In this document: piece after piece, positions 16,807 to 27,139 of the stretch
Numbering within the stretch: the first letter of the stretch is position 1
Layout of the letters: each line of letters opens with the position of its first letter
Assembly (NCBI GenBank): GCA_963664225.1
Contig: OY760937.1
Location: 2,144,001-2,208,000, forward strand
From: Verrucomicrobiia bacterium
GTDB lineage: Bacteria; Verrucomicrobiota; Verrucomicrobiia; Limisphaerales; UBA1319
Direction: 5' to 3'
DNA length: 64,000 nt
Position numbers and translations under genes: made by a program
Notes under the pieces: model-generated
Seen by the model: only the letters and a program-made list of their open reading frames with translations
What the model was told of the DNA's origin: nothing
Database searches by the model: none

Positions 16807-19489
16807 GGTTGTGCCGGACGAACGCCCCAATCCAGATCTGCTGCTGGCAGCCATCCAGAAGGAGGATGCCAGACGGCAGCGTGGCGTATTACGGGTGTTT
16901 TTTGGCATGGCGGCGGGCGTTGGCAAGACCTATGCCATGCTGGAAGCCGCGCAAAAACAAAAAGCCGCAGGGTGCGACATTGTCATCGGCTACGTGGAAA
17001 CCCACGGCCGGAAAGAAACAGATCGGCTGACAGAAGGCCTTCCATTGGTTCCTCGCAAACAGGTGGAGTATCGCGGGGTGACCTTGAGCGAAATGGATTT
17101 GGATGCGGTGCTTGCACGGCATCCCCGGGTGGCTCTGGTGGATGAACTCGCCCATACCAATGTGCCGGGTTCGCGCCATGTCAAACGGTATCAGGACGTG
17201 CAGGAGTTGCTCGAGGTCGGCATTGACGTTTACACCACTCTAAACGTCCAGCATGTGGCCAGCCGCGCCGATACCGTTCGTGCAATCTCCGGTTCCGCCA
17301 TTCAGGAAGTGGTGCCCGACACCGTGCTCGATGCCGCCGAAATCGAGCTGATCGACATTGCGCCCGAGGAACTGCTCAAGCGGCTCGATGAGGGCAAGGT
17401 CTATCTGCCGGACCGGGCGGAGGCGGCCCTGTTCAATTTCTTCCGGGAGGGAAACCTCACCGCCTTGCGTGAAATGGCGCTGCGCCTGACTGCGGAGAGG
17501 GTTGGGCAGGACGTGCGGGATTACATGCAGGCCATGCAAATCTCAGGCCCGTGGAAGTCAGGACACCGCTTGCTCGTGGCGGTCAGTCCCAGTCCATTGT
17601 CCGCCCAGTTGGTCGGGTGGACCCGCCGCCTCGCCGACAGCCTGGACTGCCCCTGGGTCGCGGTTTACGTGGAGTTGCCACGGATCCTCAATGAACCGGA
17701 ACAGACCCGTCTGACACGCAACCTCGCGCTGGCCCGTGAACTGGGGGCTGAAGTGATCACCACCACGGATGCCGATGTGGTGCGCGGTGTCCTGCGGGTG
17801 GCCCGGCAGCATAATGTCACCCAAATCGTGGTGGGCAAATCGGGTGAGCATCCCATCCGGGAATTTCTGCGGGGCGGCTCAATGCTCCTCCGCATGGTCC
17901 GCGAGAGTGGTGACATCGACATCCACGTCGTCCGCGCCGAGAAAATCGACAAGCCCGCCGCGCATTCATTGTGGCGATTTCCTTCGCAGCCCGATTGGCA
18001 TCAATACCTGGCTTCTCTCGGAGTAATCGCCACTGTGGGCCTTCTGAATGCCTTGCTCGATCCATTGCTCGGGCACAGGGTGGTGGGGCTGATTTTCTTG
18101 ATGGCTGTGGTGGGCCTGGCGCTGTTTGTGGGGCGCGGACCCGTGGTCGCCGCCGCCACGTTGAGCGCCCTGGTCTGGAACTACTTCTTCCTGCCGCCGC
18201 GTTTCACACTTCGCGTCAGCAGTTTCGAGGATGTGCTGATGCTGGCGATGTACTTTGTGGTCGCGCTCGTTCTGGGACAACTCATCGCGCGCATCCGCAC
18301 CCAGGAACAGGCGGAACGCGTGCGGGAGGAAAGAGCCATCGCCTTATATCTGCTGACACGGGAACTGGCCGACGCCGCGAGTCTGGAGGAACTCGTGCGT
18401 CGTGTGGTTCAGCATGTCACCGAGGCCTTCAAGTCACCAGTTGCCCTGTTGCTCGCCGAGACACCGGGCAAACTCGCGCCCCAGGCCCATCCGCTCAGCA
18501 CCTTTGCGCCTTCGGAAAAGGAGCACAGTGTCGCGGCCTGGGTTTTTCAGCACAAACAGCCCGCAGGAAAGTTGACCGATAATCTGCCACTGTCCGAGGC
18601 ATTGTATCTGCCGCTGACAACCACCAGCGGCAGTATCGGCGTCATCGGAGTTCGCCTGAACCAATCCTCTCCCCTCTCCATGCAGCAACGCAATCTGCTC
18701 GATGGCTTCACGCGTCAGATTGCCCTCGCCCTGGACCGGCAGCGCCTCCAGGAAAGCTCTGAAAAGTCCAAGGTGCTCGCGGAATCCGAACGCCTGAGCA
18801 AGACGTTGCTCAACTCCATCTCCCATGAGATGCGCACCCCCATCGCGGCCATCACCAGCGCCGCCAGCAGTCTGGGCGACTCCGCGGTATCGGGGGAACC
18901 TCGGTTGCAGCGAACCATGCTGGCCGAGATTCAGGAGGCGGCCCGCAGGCTCAACCGGCTCGTGGGCAACCTCCTCGACATGTCACGCCTGGAATCTGGT
19001 CATGTCAAACCCAGGCTCGATTGGTGCGAGGTGTCGGATCTCGTCAACGTTGCGATGAGGCAATCGGAAAAGGAATTGGTCTCGCATCCCGTAACCGTCG
19101 ACATCCTGCCGGGCCTGCCCCTGGTGAAGATGGACTTTGTTTTAATGCAGCAAGCCTTGACCAATCTGCTCTTGAACGCGGCGGTCCATACTCCGCCAGG
19201 CACCGCCATTCATTTGAAGGCAATGGTTGAGAATGGCGCCCTGGCCTTGTCCGTCTCGGACCGCGGTCCCGGATTGCCTGCCGAAGACCTGGCGCGCGTG
19301 TTTGAAAAATTTTATCGCGCCCCCGCCGCTCCGGCCGGAGGCACGGGCCTGGGCTTGTCGATCGTGAAGGGATTTGTTGAAGCCCAGGGCGGCACCGTAA
19401 GCGCGGAGAACCGTCCCGGTGGCGGAGCCGCATTCGCTTTGCGCATCCCACTAAATGAGCCCCCGCCTCCGGTTGAATCTGACACATGA
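16793..19489 (+). CDS. kdpD: Sensor histidine kinase KdpD
   Basis: GVGKTYAML, VDELAHTN, Usp domain, four TMs, GAF, SHEMRTP H-box, GTGLGL. Confidence 0.97.
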   Translation: MSYHKVVPDERPNPDLLLAAIQKEDARRQRGVLRVFFGMAAGVGKTYAMLEAAQKQKAAGCDIVIGYVETHGRKETDRLTEGLPLVPRKQVEYRGVTLSEMDLDAVLARHPRVALVDELAHTNVPGSRHVKRYQDVQELLEVGIDVYTTLNVQHVASRADTVRAISGSAIQEVVPDTVLDAAEIELIDIAPEELLKRLDEGKVYLPDRAEAALFNFFREGNLTALREMALRLTAERVGQDVRDYMQAMQISGPWKSGHRLLVAVSPSPLSAQLVGWTRRLADSLDCPWVAVYVELPRILNEPEQTRLTRNLALARELGAEVITTTDADVVRGVLRVARQHNVTQIVVGKSGEHPIREFLRGGSMLLRMVRESGDIDIHVVRAEKIDKPAAHSLWRFPSQPDWHQYLASLGVIATVGLLNALLDPLLGHRVVGLIFLMAVVGLALFVGRGPVVAAATLSALVWNYFFLPPRFTLRVSSFEDVLMLAMYFVVALVLGQLIARIRTQEQAERVREERAIALYLLTRELADAASLEELVRRVVQHVTEAFKSPVALLLAETPGKLAPQAHPLSTFAPSEKEHSVAAWVFQHKQPAGKLTDNLPLSEALYLPLTTTSGSIGVIGVRLNQSSPLSMQQRNLLDGFTRQIALALDRQRLQESSEKSKVLAESERLSKTLLNSISHEMRTPIAAITSAASSLGDSAVSGEPRLQRTMLAEIQEAARRLNRLVGNLLDMSRLESGHVKPRLDWCEVSDLVNVAMRQSEKELVSHPVTVDILPGLPLVKMDFVLMQQALTNLLLNAAVHTPPGTAIHLKAMVENGALALSVSDRGPGLPAEDLARVFEKFYRAPAAPAGGTGLGLSIVKGFVEAQGGTVSAENRPGGGAAFALRIPLNEPPPPVESDT

Positions 19490-20187
19490 ACGAAAATCCC
19501 GCTGTAAAGTCCACGGTGCTGGTCGTTGACGACGAACTCCAGATTCGCCGCCTGTTGCGCGTCACCCTTGAGGCCCATAACTACCGGGTTCTGGAGGCCG
19601 CGAGTGGCCAGGAGGCGATCACCGAGGCCGCCCAGCGCCGGCCTGACCTGGTCGTGCTCGATCTGGGCCTTCCCGATTTGGACGGTGTGGCGGTGCTCAA
19701 ACGGCTCCGTGAATGGAGTCGCGTTCCTGTCGTTGTGCTTTCGGTGCGCGATCGCGAAGAGGACAAAGTGGCTGCACTGGATAACGGGGCGGACGATTAC
19801 GTGACCAAACCTTTCAATACCGCAGAGCTTCTGGCGCGGCTGCGGGTCGCCCTCCGCCATGCCCAGCCAATGCCGGAGCAGAGTCTGTTTCGGTCTGGGG
19901 CGCTTGAAGTGGACCTGACCACTCGTGTGGTCAAACGCAACGGCAGCGAGGTCAAGCTCACCGCCACTGAATACGGACTCTTGCGGTTGTTTGTACAGCA
20001 CGCCGGAAAAGTGCTCACCCACAAATTCATACTTCGCGAAGTCTGGGGGCCCAACAATGTGGAACACACGCACTACCTGCGGGTGTACATGACCCATTTG
20101 CGCGAAAAGCTCGAAACCAACCCGGCGCAGCCTGAACTATTCATCACCGAATCGGGAGTGGGCTACAGGCTGATCGAGAAGGAATGA
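19486..20187 (+). CDS. kdpE: Response regulator KdpE
   Basis: Receiver (LDLGLPD) plus OmpR-type wHTH (HYLRVYM..LREKLE, GVGYR). Confidence 0.96.
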   Translation: MNENPAVKSTVLVVDDELQIRRLLRVTLEAHNYRVLEAASGQEAITEAAQRRPDLVVLDLGLPDLDGVAVLKRLREWSRVPVVVLSVRDREEDKVAALDNGADDYVTKPFNTAELLARLRVALRHAQPMPEQSLFRSGALEVDLTTRVVKRNGSEVKLTATEYGLLRLFVQHAGKVLTHKFILREVWGPNNVEHTHYLRVYMTHLREKLETNPAQPELFITESGVGYRLIEKE

Positions 20188-20238
20188 GCCGACATGCGCA
20201 TAAGGGGTGCGTGTTTGATAACTTTTGCAGCAGGGAAA

Positions 20239-20276
20239 GCATCCACACCCAATGTTATTCCATTGGGTGTGGATGC
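20239..20276. terminator. Perfect 16-bp stem hairpin between convergent genes
   Basis: GCATCCACACCCAATG-ttattc-CATTGGGTGTGGATGC; no strong U-tract. Confidence 0.65.
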
Positions 20277-20312
20277 CTGGAAGTTCTGCGGTTTAAATAA
20301 TTTGTGTGGCGA

Positions 20313-21059
20313 TCAGTCGCCGCCGTGCTTTCGCACGTTCACGCCAGGTTGGTCCCCCCGGTTTTCGCCCCTCTCATTTTCGCCGAGTTGCAGGCTCGTG
20401 CCCAGCAGTGGGATCGTCGTTGTTTTGGCGGACGCACTGTAGTTTTTGACCAGCCCATACGTCCATGTGCCGAGCATCAGGAGCACCAAAGCAGCCACCA
20501 TCGGACGTGCCGATGCAATGGCGAATGAGGAATCGCAGTCCTTCTTCCCGCTGATCATGCTCATGGTGATGTTTTCCCGGTGGCGGATACTATGGAAGAT
20601 CACCCCCGCCACATGCGCTACAACCACGGCAATCATGGAATAAGTCATCAACTCATGGGCTTCTTTGAGATCCTTGTAACCCAGAGACAACATGATGCCG
20701 CTGATGGAGATTCCGAGCACCAGCGCGAGCATCGCGAAGATAGCATAGGCGGAGCCTGGGTTATGCCCAATATGGCGCTTACCACCTCCACCGAAGGCTT
20801 CCTTCAAATACGCAATAACCGCACCTGGTCCGAAGAGGAAGGAGGTGAAGCGCGCGTGCCGGGTGCCGAAGAAGCCCCACATCACGCGAAGAACGACCAT
20901 CAACGCAAGGGCAAGCCCGATGATGGCGTGCCAGGGGAACAGGCTGCCATCCCCCTCAGTCAATAATGCAATCATGGCCGCGGCGATGAAGCCCGCGGTG
21001 AGCAGCCAGTGAAAGAGTCGAGTTGGCAGGTCCCAAATGAGGGTGAGCTTGGGATTCAT
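20313..21059 (-). CDS. Cytochrome b/b6-domain membrane protein (Ni-hydrogenase cyt b family)
   Basis: IWDLPTRLFHW, GHNPG, heme-ligating His residues in four TMs, RENI..MISG. Confidence 0.9.
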   Translation of the reverse strand: MNPKLTLIWDLPTRLFHWLLTAGFIAAAMIALLTEGDGSLFPWHAIIGLALALMVVLRVMWGFFGTRHARFTSFLFGPGAVIAYLKEAFGGGGKRHIGHNPGSAYAIFAMLALVLGISISGIMLSLGYKDLKEAHELMTYSMIAVVVAHVAGVIFHSIRHRENITMSMISGKKDCDSSFAIASARPMVAALVLLMLGTWTYGLVKNYSASAKTTTIPLLGTSLQLGENERGENRGDQPGVNVRKHGGD

Positions 21060-21061
21060 GA

Positions 21062-22336
21062 TTAAATTCCTTTTACATCATAGCACATCAAAGCGCCGCC
21101 ATGCCGGAGATAGAGCCTGCCGTTGGCCACGACCAAATGAGCCCAATGCGATCCCTCCCCCTGGGTCACATCGAAAGAACCCACCACCTCGCATTTCTCG
21201 GGTGATGCCTTCATCAGACCCACCTTGCCGTCCTCGGAGTAACAATACAACATTCCATCGGCATAGATAACTGAGCCGCCCTTTCCAACTCCCGGAGATT
21301 CCCATGCCAGTTTGCCCGTCTTCAATTCGACGCACGACCACTTGCCGCCCGCCTTCTGGTGGCTGGAGGCGAAGACGTATCCATCCACCAGGACAGCCTG
21401 TCCGTGAATGGGATCCTGCCGGGGTTGTTCCCACAGCGGTCGAACACTGTTTCCATCGTCGGCAATCTTCAGGCCGATGGCGCCTTTGCCATAGCCGCTG
21501 GTGACGTAGAGCAGACCTTCGTGGTAGATCGGCGTAATGGGATGATTCTGCCGGGGGTTTTCATACGGATACTGCCAAAGCACCCTGCCCGTCTCAGGGG
21601 AGAATGCGACCACGCCCGATTCCGTCATTGTCACTACCATGCGCTTGTTTCCGTGATTTATCAGCAGTGGGGAGCAAAAACTCGATCCCTGCCCCAGTGC
21701 CGGACTGACCCACACCTGCCTGCCGGTTTTGCGGTTCAGGGCAACCATTGTCGCCTTCTTGCCGCAGGGTGTGCAGAAGAGATTTTCCCCGTCCACCAAC
21801 AGGCTTTCCGCATATCCCCACTGGACTTGTGACGCGTCGTATTCCGCGAATAGCTTTTTGGACCAGACTGGCGCTCCGGTGGCGGCGTCAAAACAGGCCA
21901 CGTTTCCCACGCCGCTGGCAATATAAACCAAACCCTCGTAAACGGTGGGAATACTGCGCGCGCCCGGATGGCTGGTGCTCCACTCCGGTCCATAACTGGC
22001 TTTCCACTTCTCCCTGCCATCCAAGGTTAAAGCGCGAAGGATGCCTGACTTTCCCTCCAAGCCGGACACGTAGATCAGACCGCCTGAGACAGCGACATGG
22101 GAGAATCCCGCCCCCAGGTCTTGCACGCTCCAAAGGAGTTTTGGGCCGGCTTCAGGCCAGCGCGCCAGCAAATTCCGCTCAGTGCCTTTGCCATCGCGGT
22201 TTGGACCCCGGAATTGAGGCCAGTCACCCGCCTTGGTGGAATACTGGATCACGATCAAGAATGTGACGATCAGAAGTGAAAGGCGCCCGAGTATGGGCGC
22301 ATCGATTGGTTGGGATCCTCGATTCATTGTATTCAT
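21062..22336 (-). CDS. PQQ-like beta-propeller repeat protein (BamB-like)
   Basis: DWPQFRGPNRDG and repeated TG..xW blades; ATG 22336 overlaps the upstream stop (ATGA). Confidence 0.88.
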   Translation of the reverse strand: MNTMNRGSQPIDAPILGRLSLLIVTFLIVIQYSTKAGDWPQFRGPNRDGKGTERNLLARWPEAGPKLLWSVQDLGAGFSHVAVSGGLIYVSGLEGKSGILRALTLDGREKWKASYGPEWSTSHPGARSIPTVYEGLVYIASGVGNVACFDAATGAPVWSKKLFAEYDASQVQWGYAESLLVDGENLFCTPCGKKATMVALNRKTGRQVWVSPALGQGSSFCSPLLINHGNKRMVVTMTESGVVAFSPETGRVLWQYPYENPRQNHPITPIYHEGLLYVTSGYGKGAIGLKIADDGNSVRPLWEQPRQDPIHGQAVLVDGYVFASSHQKAGGKWSCVELKTGKLAWESPGVGKGGSVIYADGMLYCYSEDGKVGLMKASPEKCEVVGSFDVTQGEGSHWAHLVVANGRLYLRHGGALMCYDVKGI

Positions 22337-24936
22337 ATGGTTGATTTTATTGGCCTTCGGTAATAGCAATACTTAAGCAATTCGAAGCTGGCGACGCAAC
22401 CCAGGCCTGCTGCCAGACAGATGGCAATATCCCGGGGATGCAACGGCGCAAATAGGAAGATTCCGCGCAGGGCAGGCAGCGACAGCACCACTGATAGGAA
22501 GAGGGTCGCGCCACCCAGAACCCACCACATCGCTCCATTGGCAATCCGCAAGGTGGTGAAGATGCTTTGGATTCGCGAACGGTTGCTCAGGATCAGTCCC
22601 AGATTGCCGATGATGAGCGTGGTGTAACACATGGCGCGGGCCTCCTTCTCTCCGCCACCCTGTGAATGGAAGATGCCGAAGACCGCCAGCACAATGGCCA
22701 GCATTATCATGCCCTGGATGACGCTGAATCCGATGCTTCTGCGGCTGAACAGCGGCTCGCGCTGATTACGCGGATGGCGTTGCATGAGGCCGGGCTCCTC
22801 TTTTTCGGCCTCGAAAATGGTGGAACAGGCCGGATCAATGATCAGCTCCAGAAACAGGATATGCACCGGCAGCAGAACCATTGGCCACTGAAACAGCACC
22901 GGCAGCAGGGACATCCCGGCGATCGGCACATGAATCGCGAAGATATAGCCAATCGCCTTCTGGATGTTGTCATAAATCCTCCGCCCCAGTTTGATCGCAT
23001 GCACGATGGATGAAAAATCGTCATCCAACAGGACCAGCGATGCGGATTCCCTGGCCACGTCCGTGCCCCGGCCGCCCATGGCAATTCCAATGTGCGCGGC
23101 CTTCAAGGCCGGTGCGTCATTGACGCCATCGCCTGTCATGGCCACCACCTCTCCGTTCGCTTTGAGAGCCTGGACGATCCGCAACTTCTGTTCCGGCACC
23201 ACTCTGGCAAACACGTTGACGTCTCCAATGCGCTTGCGCAGTTCGGTGTCATCCATGGCATTCAATTCCGGCCCGGTCATGACCTCGCCATTGGGCAAAC
23301 CAATTTGGCGTGCGATGTTCAGCGCCGTGCCCGGATAGTCGCCTGTGATCATCACCACCCGGATGCCGGCGGTGTGACACTCGCGGATTGCCTCGGCCAC
23401 CGTGGGTCGAACCGGGTCCGCCAAACCTATCAGGCCGATGAATTCAAACGAAAAATCATGTTGCGCCCCCGGCAGTTCATTCTGGTGGTTAAAGCGCGCC
23501 CGCGCCACGCCAAGCACCCGTAGCCCATCCTGCGCCATGGCTTCAATTTGCCCCGCGAGTTCCCGGGTTTGCACCTCTGTGAAATGGCACAAATCTGCGA
23601 TGGCCTCGGGCGCGCCCTTGGCCGCGATCAGATAATCGTCTCCCGTCCGGGCCTTCCAGACTTGGGAAAGAGCCAGAAGTTTGGGCGATAGCGGGTATTC
23701 GCGAATGAGTTCCCAGTCTCCGTGCAGATGTTCCGTTTTTCCCAGGAAAGTATTGCCCACTTGGTGGATGGCCTTTTCCATGGGATCGAAAGGATCGCGC
23801 TGGCTGGACAGAATGCCAAACTCCACCAACTCGTGAAAGGACTCCGGCAGATCGCCAACCGCACCGGCATTCTGTAAATCAATGGTCCGGCCGTGCCCGG
23901 CCAGACGACCCACGGTCATTTGGTTCAGCGTGAGCGTGCCCGTCTTGTCAGTGCATAATACGGTGGCTGAACCAAGGGTCTCGATGGCAGGCATGCGGCG
24001 GGTCAGAACACGCTTGCGCGAGATTCGCCACGCGCCCATGGCCAGGAAAATCGTCATCACTACCGGAAACTCCTCCGGCAGCATGGCCATGGCCAGGGTG
24101 ATGCCCGCCAGAAAGCCCTGGAGCCAATCCCCCCGTGTCAGTCCAAAGACCACCACCACGATGGCGCATAAGCAAAGGGCCACAATCGTCAGCAGTTTGA
24201 CCATCCGCCCGGTCTCTGTCTGCAAATGCGTCCGTTCCTGTTCAACGGTCTGGAGGGCCTTGCCAATCTTGCCAATCTCAGTCTGCGCGCCAATGGACTG
24301 CACTTCCGCAATCCCCTGCCCCTGCACCACCAGCGTGCCGGAAAAAATGAACGGCGTGTCATCGCCTCCGGGACGGGCCATCGCCGGGGGATCTTTCTCG
24401 CCGCCTTCCCCCGCCTGCTTGCGCACCGGCACGGATTCTCCAGTCAACAGCGATTCATCGACTGCAAGGTTGGTGGACTGCCTTAGCCAGCCATCCGCAG
24501 GCACGCGATCTCCCTCCCTGACAATCAACACATCCCCCCGCACGACATCGCGCCCCGCGATGCGTATCTGTTGGCCGCCGCGAATGACCGCGGCGCGCGG
24601 GCTGGAAAGATCCCGCAGGGCCTCCAACGCTCTTTCTGTCTTTCGTTCCTGATAGAGTGTGATCCCCATCACCACAAACACAAACCCCATCAGCATCAAG
24701 GCTTCTTCCCTGTCCCCCAAAAGCAGATAGATCACCCCGCAGGCAACGAGCAGCAGGAACATGGGCTCCCGGACCACCTCCCAGGCAATGAGTAAAATGT
24801 TGCGGGGCTTTGCGGACGGCAACTCATTGGCGCCTTCGGCCTTCTGTCGGGAGGCGGCCTCGCTCTCCGAAAGCCCCTGCAGGTGCTGGGGAACGGCATC
24901 GGTGGAGACGATTTCTTTCATGCTTGCGGCTGTCAT
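22333..24936 (-). CDS. Cation-translocating P-type ATPase (type II-like)
   Basis: LTGES, PEEFP, DKTGTLT, KGAPE, MITGD, GDGVND. Confidence 0.95.
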   Translation of the reverse strand: MTAASMKEIVSTDAVPQHLQGLSESEAASRQKAEGANELPSAKPRNILLIAWEVVREPMFLLLVACGVIYLLLGDREEALMLMGFVFVVMGITLYQERKTERALEALRDLSSPRAAVIRGGQQIRIAGRDVVRGDVLIVREGDRVPADGWLRQSTNLAVDESLLTGESVPVRKQAGEGGEKDPPAMARPGGDDTPFIFSGTLVVQGQGIAEVQSIGAQTEIGKIGKALQTVEQERTHLQTETGRMVKLLTIVALCLCAIVVVVFGLTRGDWLQGFLAGITLAMAMLPEEFPVVMTIFLAMGAWRISRKRVLTRRMPAIETLGSATVLCTDKTGTLTLNQMTVGRLAGHGRTIDLQNAGAVGDLPESFHELVEFGILSSQRDPFDPMEKAIHQVGNTFLGKTEHLHGDWELIREYPLSPKLLALSQVWKARTGDDYLIAAKGAPEAIADLCHFTEVQTRELAGQIEAMAQDGLRVLGVARARFNHQNELPGAQHDFSFEFIGLIGLADPVRPTVAEAIRECHTAGIRVVMITGDYPGTALNIARQIGLPNGEVMTGPELNAMDDTELRKRIGDVNVFARVVPEQKLRIVQALKANGEVVAMTGDGVNDAPALKAAHIGIAMGGRGTDVARESASLVLLDDDFSSIVHAIKLGRRIYDNIQKAIGYIFAIHVPIAGMSLLPVLFQWPMVLLPVHILFLELIIDPACSTIFEAEKEEPGLMQRHPRNQREPLFSRRSIGFSVIQGMIMLAIVLAVFGIFHSQGGGEKEARAMCYTTLIIGNLGLILSNRSRIQSIFTTLRIANGAMWWVLGGATLFLSVVLSLPALRGIFLFAPLHPRDIAICLAAGLGCVASFELLKYCYYRRPIKSTI

Positions 24937-25094
24937 AACTTTACTAAACTAAAAATGGAACGGTCACTGGTCGGAATGCCGCAAACAACTGGATGCGGCT
25001 GGCAAAATTGGATTCGAGATGGGAACCGGACGAACTCTGGCGCCCAACTCTTTGACAGAGAAAGCGGCAGCTCAACAGTGGAACTCAGCTCGAG

Positions 25095-25481
25095 TTAAGC
25101 GTGGAAGGACGGAGCGCGTGGAGCCAGCGCCGTGCGCCAATGAAACTGCCAGCCCCGGGGCAGCAGTGAAGACTCCGCATCCAGTTTGGAAACCTCCGGT
25201 GATGGAGCCATCGCATGTTGCGCCGAAACAAAGAAATCTTCTTTCGCTTCCGCCCTGAATTCCTGCGCCGCGCAACCATTACAACCGTTTGGCAAACGGA
25301 ACTTGACCTCGTACGAACAACCCGATTTGGGTGTTGAGGAGGGATCGTCCTGGGCAACGGAAAACGAAGCGCAGCAACCATCCTGTGGCATGATCCCCAA
25401 GACCTCCAGCGGGCAAAGCATCCCGTTGGCCACGGTAAGGACGGCCCACAATGCAACCAGGATTAACTTTAGCTGAAGCAC
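25095..25481 (-). CDS. Small exported Cys-containing hypothetical protein
   Basis: Signal-like N-terminus, CC and CxxC motifs, RAPS C-terminus as in metal-associated DUF2946-like proteins. Confidence 0.5.
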   Translation of the reverse strand: MLQLKLILVALWAVLTVANGMLCPLEVLGIMPQDGCCASFSVAQDDPSSTPKSGCSYEVKFRLPNGCNGCAAQEFRAEAKEDFFVSAQHAMAPSPEVSKLDAESSLLPRGWQFHWRTALAPRAPSFHA

Positions 25482-25867
25482 GCTCTCAACATGCAGGACC
25501 CCTGCAAAATATTCAACCCCTTATCCACCATTGGCGGTCAAACTCTTGTTTTCTCGATTATTCTCGGGGATGAAACCTTGCTTCCAGCGCCACCAAACCA
25601 CCGTGCGGATGACGCACGGTGTCAATCCCCGGTTAAGTTGTCGGTTGGTTAAGCCCCGTGGTTCCATTGGCTGGCCACCGTGCGGCATTGACCCCGCCCC
25701 TTGAGCCGGAGTTGATGCTGGGTCATTCTGCGCTGGAACTGCTTCTTGAGGTTCCCGGCGAGCTTGCGCCATGCAGCCGTGAGCGTGTGGTCACGGGCAG
25801 TGGCGTGGATATCCGGCCCAGGCACAGCCAGATGGGCGGAAACAGAAAAAGCGGGTGCCGCTGCGTG

Positions 25868-25978
25868 CTGCCGCTCCAGAGGATGGAGGTTGGGCCGGGG
25901 CAAGAGTTGCAGGTCGATTTCGGCCAGGGAGCGTGGATGATTGAGAACGGCCACCGTCGCAAAACCCATTTGTTTCGC
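25868..25978 (+). pseudogene. IS21-family transposase (IstA) fragment
   Basis: RMEVGPGQELQVDFGQG...RRKTHLF matches the IstA PGxxxQVDFG motif; the rest of the gene is absent. Confidence 0.7.
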
Positions 25979-26015
25979 TCCGCTCCTGTGTCCGTCAAAT
26001 CGGGGCAACCTCACC

Positions 26016-27137
26016 TCAATCCCCAAACGAAACGTCCAGTGTGCGCGCGGTCATCACGCCGTAGTCGTCCGCAGCAACGAGTTTGAGCTTTGCGGTCGCC
26101 ACTCTCAGTGGAACATAATCAAGTCGCGGCGGGTTGACGGCGACCATCACGCCATCGTGACCTTCAACCAAAGCACGCACCGCCGCCGCGCCGAAGATCA
26201 AGCCAAGTGACCGGTCGAGCGAAGTGGGCTGGCCGCCGCGCAACAGATGACCGAGCACCACTGTGCGCGTTTCCTTCCCGGTCAATTCCCCCAATTGACC
26301 GGCCACGATCTCGCCCACGCCGCCGAGCCGTTCGACGTGCCCTGCACTTGCCGCTTCCTTCAAAGTCACCCCGCCGCCGGACGGCTTCGCGCCCTCGGCC
26401 ACGACGACGATGGAGTATTGCCGGTCGCTGCCCGCTGTCTTGCGTTTGATGTGCGCGGCGACTTTGGCGATGTCATACGGGATTTCCGGAATGAGAATCG
26501 CATCGGCCCGGCCGGCGATGCCGGCATGCAGCGCAAGCCACCCCGCATACCGGCCCATCACTTCCACCACCATCACCCGCCGGTGCGATTCGGCGGTGAA
26601 ATGCAGGCGGTCAATGCACTCGGTCGCAAACGACACCGCGCTGTCAAAGCCGAACGTCGTCATCGTGGACTCAAGATCGTTATCAATCGTCTTTGGCACG
26701 CCGATGACGCGCAATCCCTTTTTGTGCAAGCCGCACGCAATGTTGAGCGACCCATCGCCGCCGACGGAAATGAGAGCGTCGAGCCGGCGTTCCCGGAAAC
26801 GGCGCAACACTTCTTCGCTGCGGTCGATTTCCGTGAACGAACCATCCGGCTGCGGCACGCGCGTCTTGAATGGATTACCGTAATTGCTCGTGCCCAGAAT
26901 GGTGCCGCCAAGGTGCTCGATGTTGCGAACGAGCGGGCGCGTCAGTTTTATCACTCCGCCATCGGGATAGTTTTCGGGATGCAGCAATCCATCGAATCCG
27001 TCCCGGATGCCGTGGATTTCCCAGCCGTGAGTGTGCGCGGCGTGGACGGCGGCATGGATGACAGCATTCAATCCTGGCGCATCACCGCCTCCGGTGTTGA
27101 TGGCGATTCGTTTAAAGGTGTTCATGGTTTTGTTCAT
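26016..27137 (-). CDS. pfkA: 6-phosphofructokinase (group III-like)
   Basis: TGGGDAPGLN, GGTILG, GGDGS, PKTIDND, EVMGR; start at ATG 27137. Confidence 0.93.
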   Translation of the reverse strand: MNKTMNTFKRIAINTGGGDAPGLNAVIHAAVHAAHTHGWEIHGIRDGFDGLLHPENYPDGGVIKLTRPLVRNIEHLGGTILGTSNYGNPFKTRVPQPDGSFTEIDRSEEVLRRFRERRLDALISVGGDGSLNIACGLHKKGLRVIGVPKTIDNDLESTMTTFGFDSAVSFATECIDRLHFTAESHRRVMVVEVMGRYAGWLALHAGIAGRADAILIPEIPYDIAKVAAHIKRKTAGSDRQYSIVVVAEGAKPSGGGVTLKEAASAGHVERLGGVGEIVAGQLGELTGKETRTVVLGHLLRGGQPTSLDRSLGLIFGAAAVRALVEGHDGVMVAVNPPRLDYVPLRVATAKLKLVAADDYGVMTARTLDVSFGD

Positions 27138-27139
27138 GG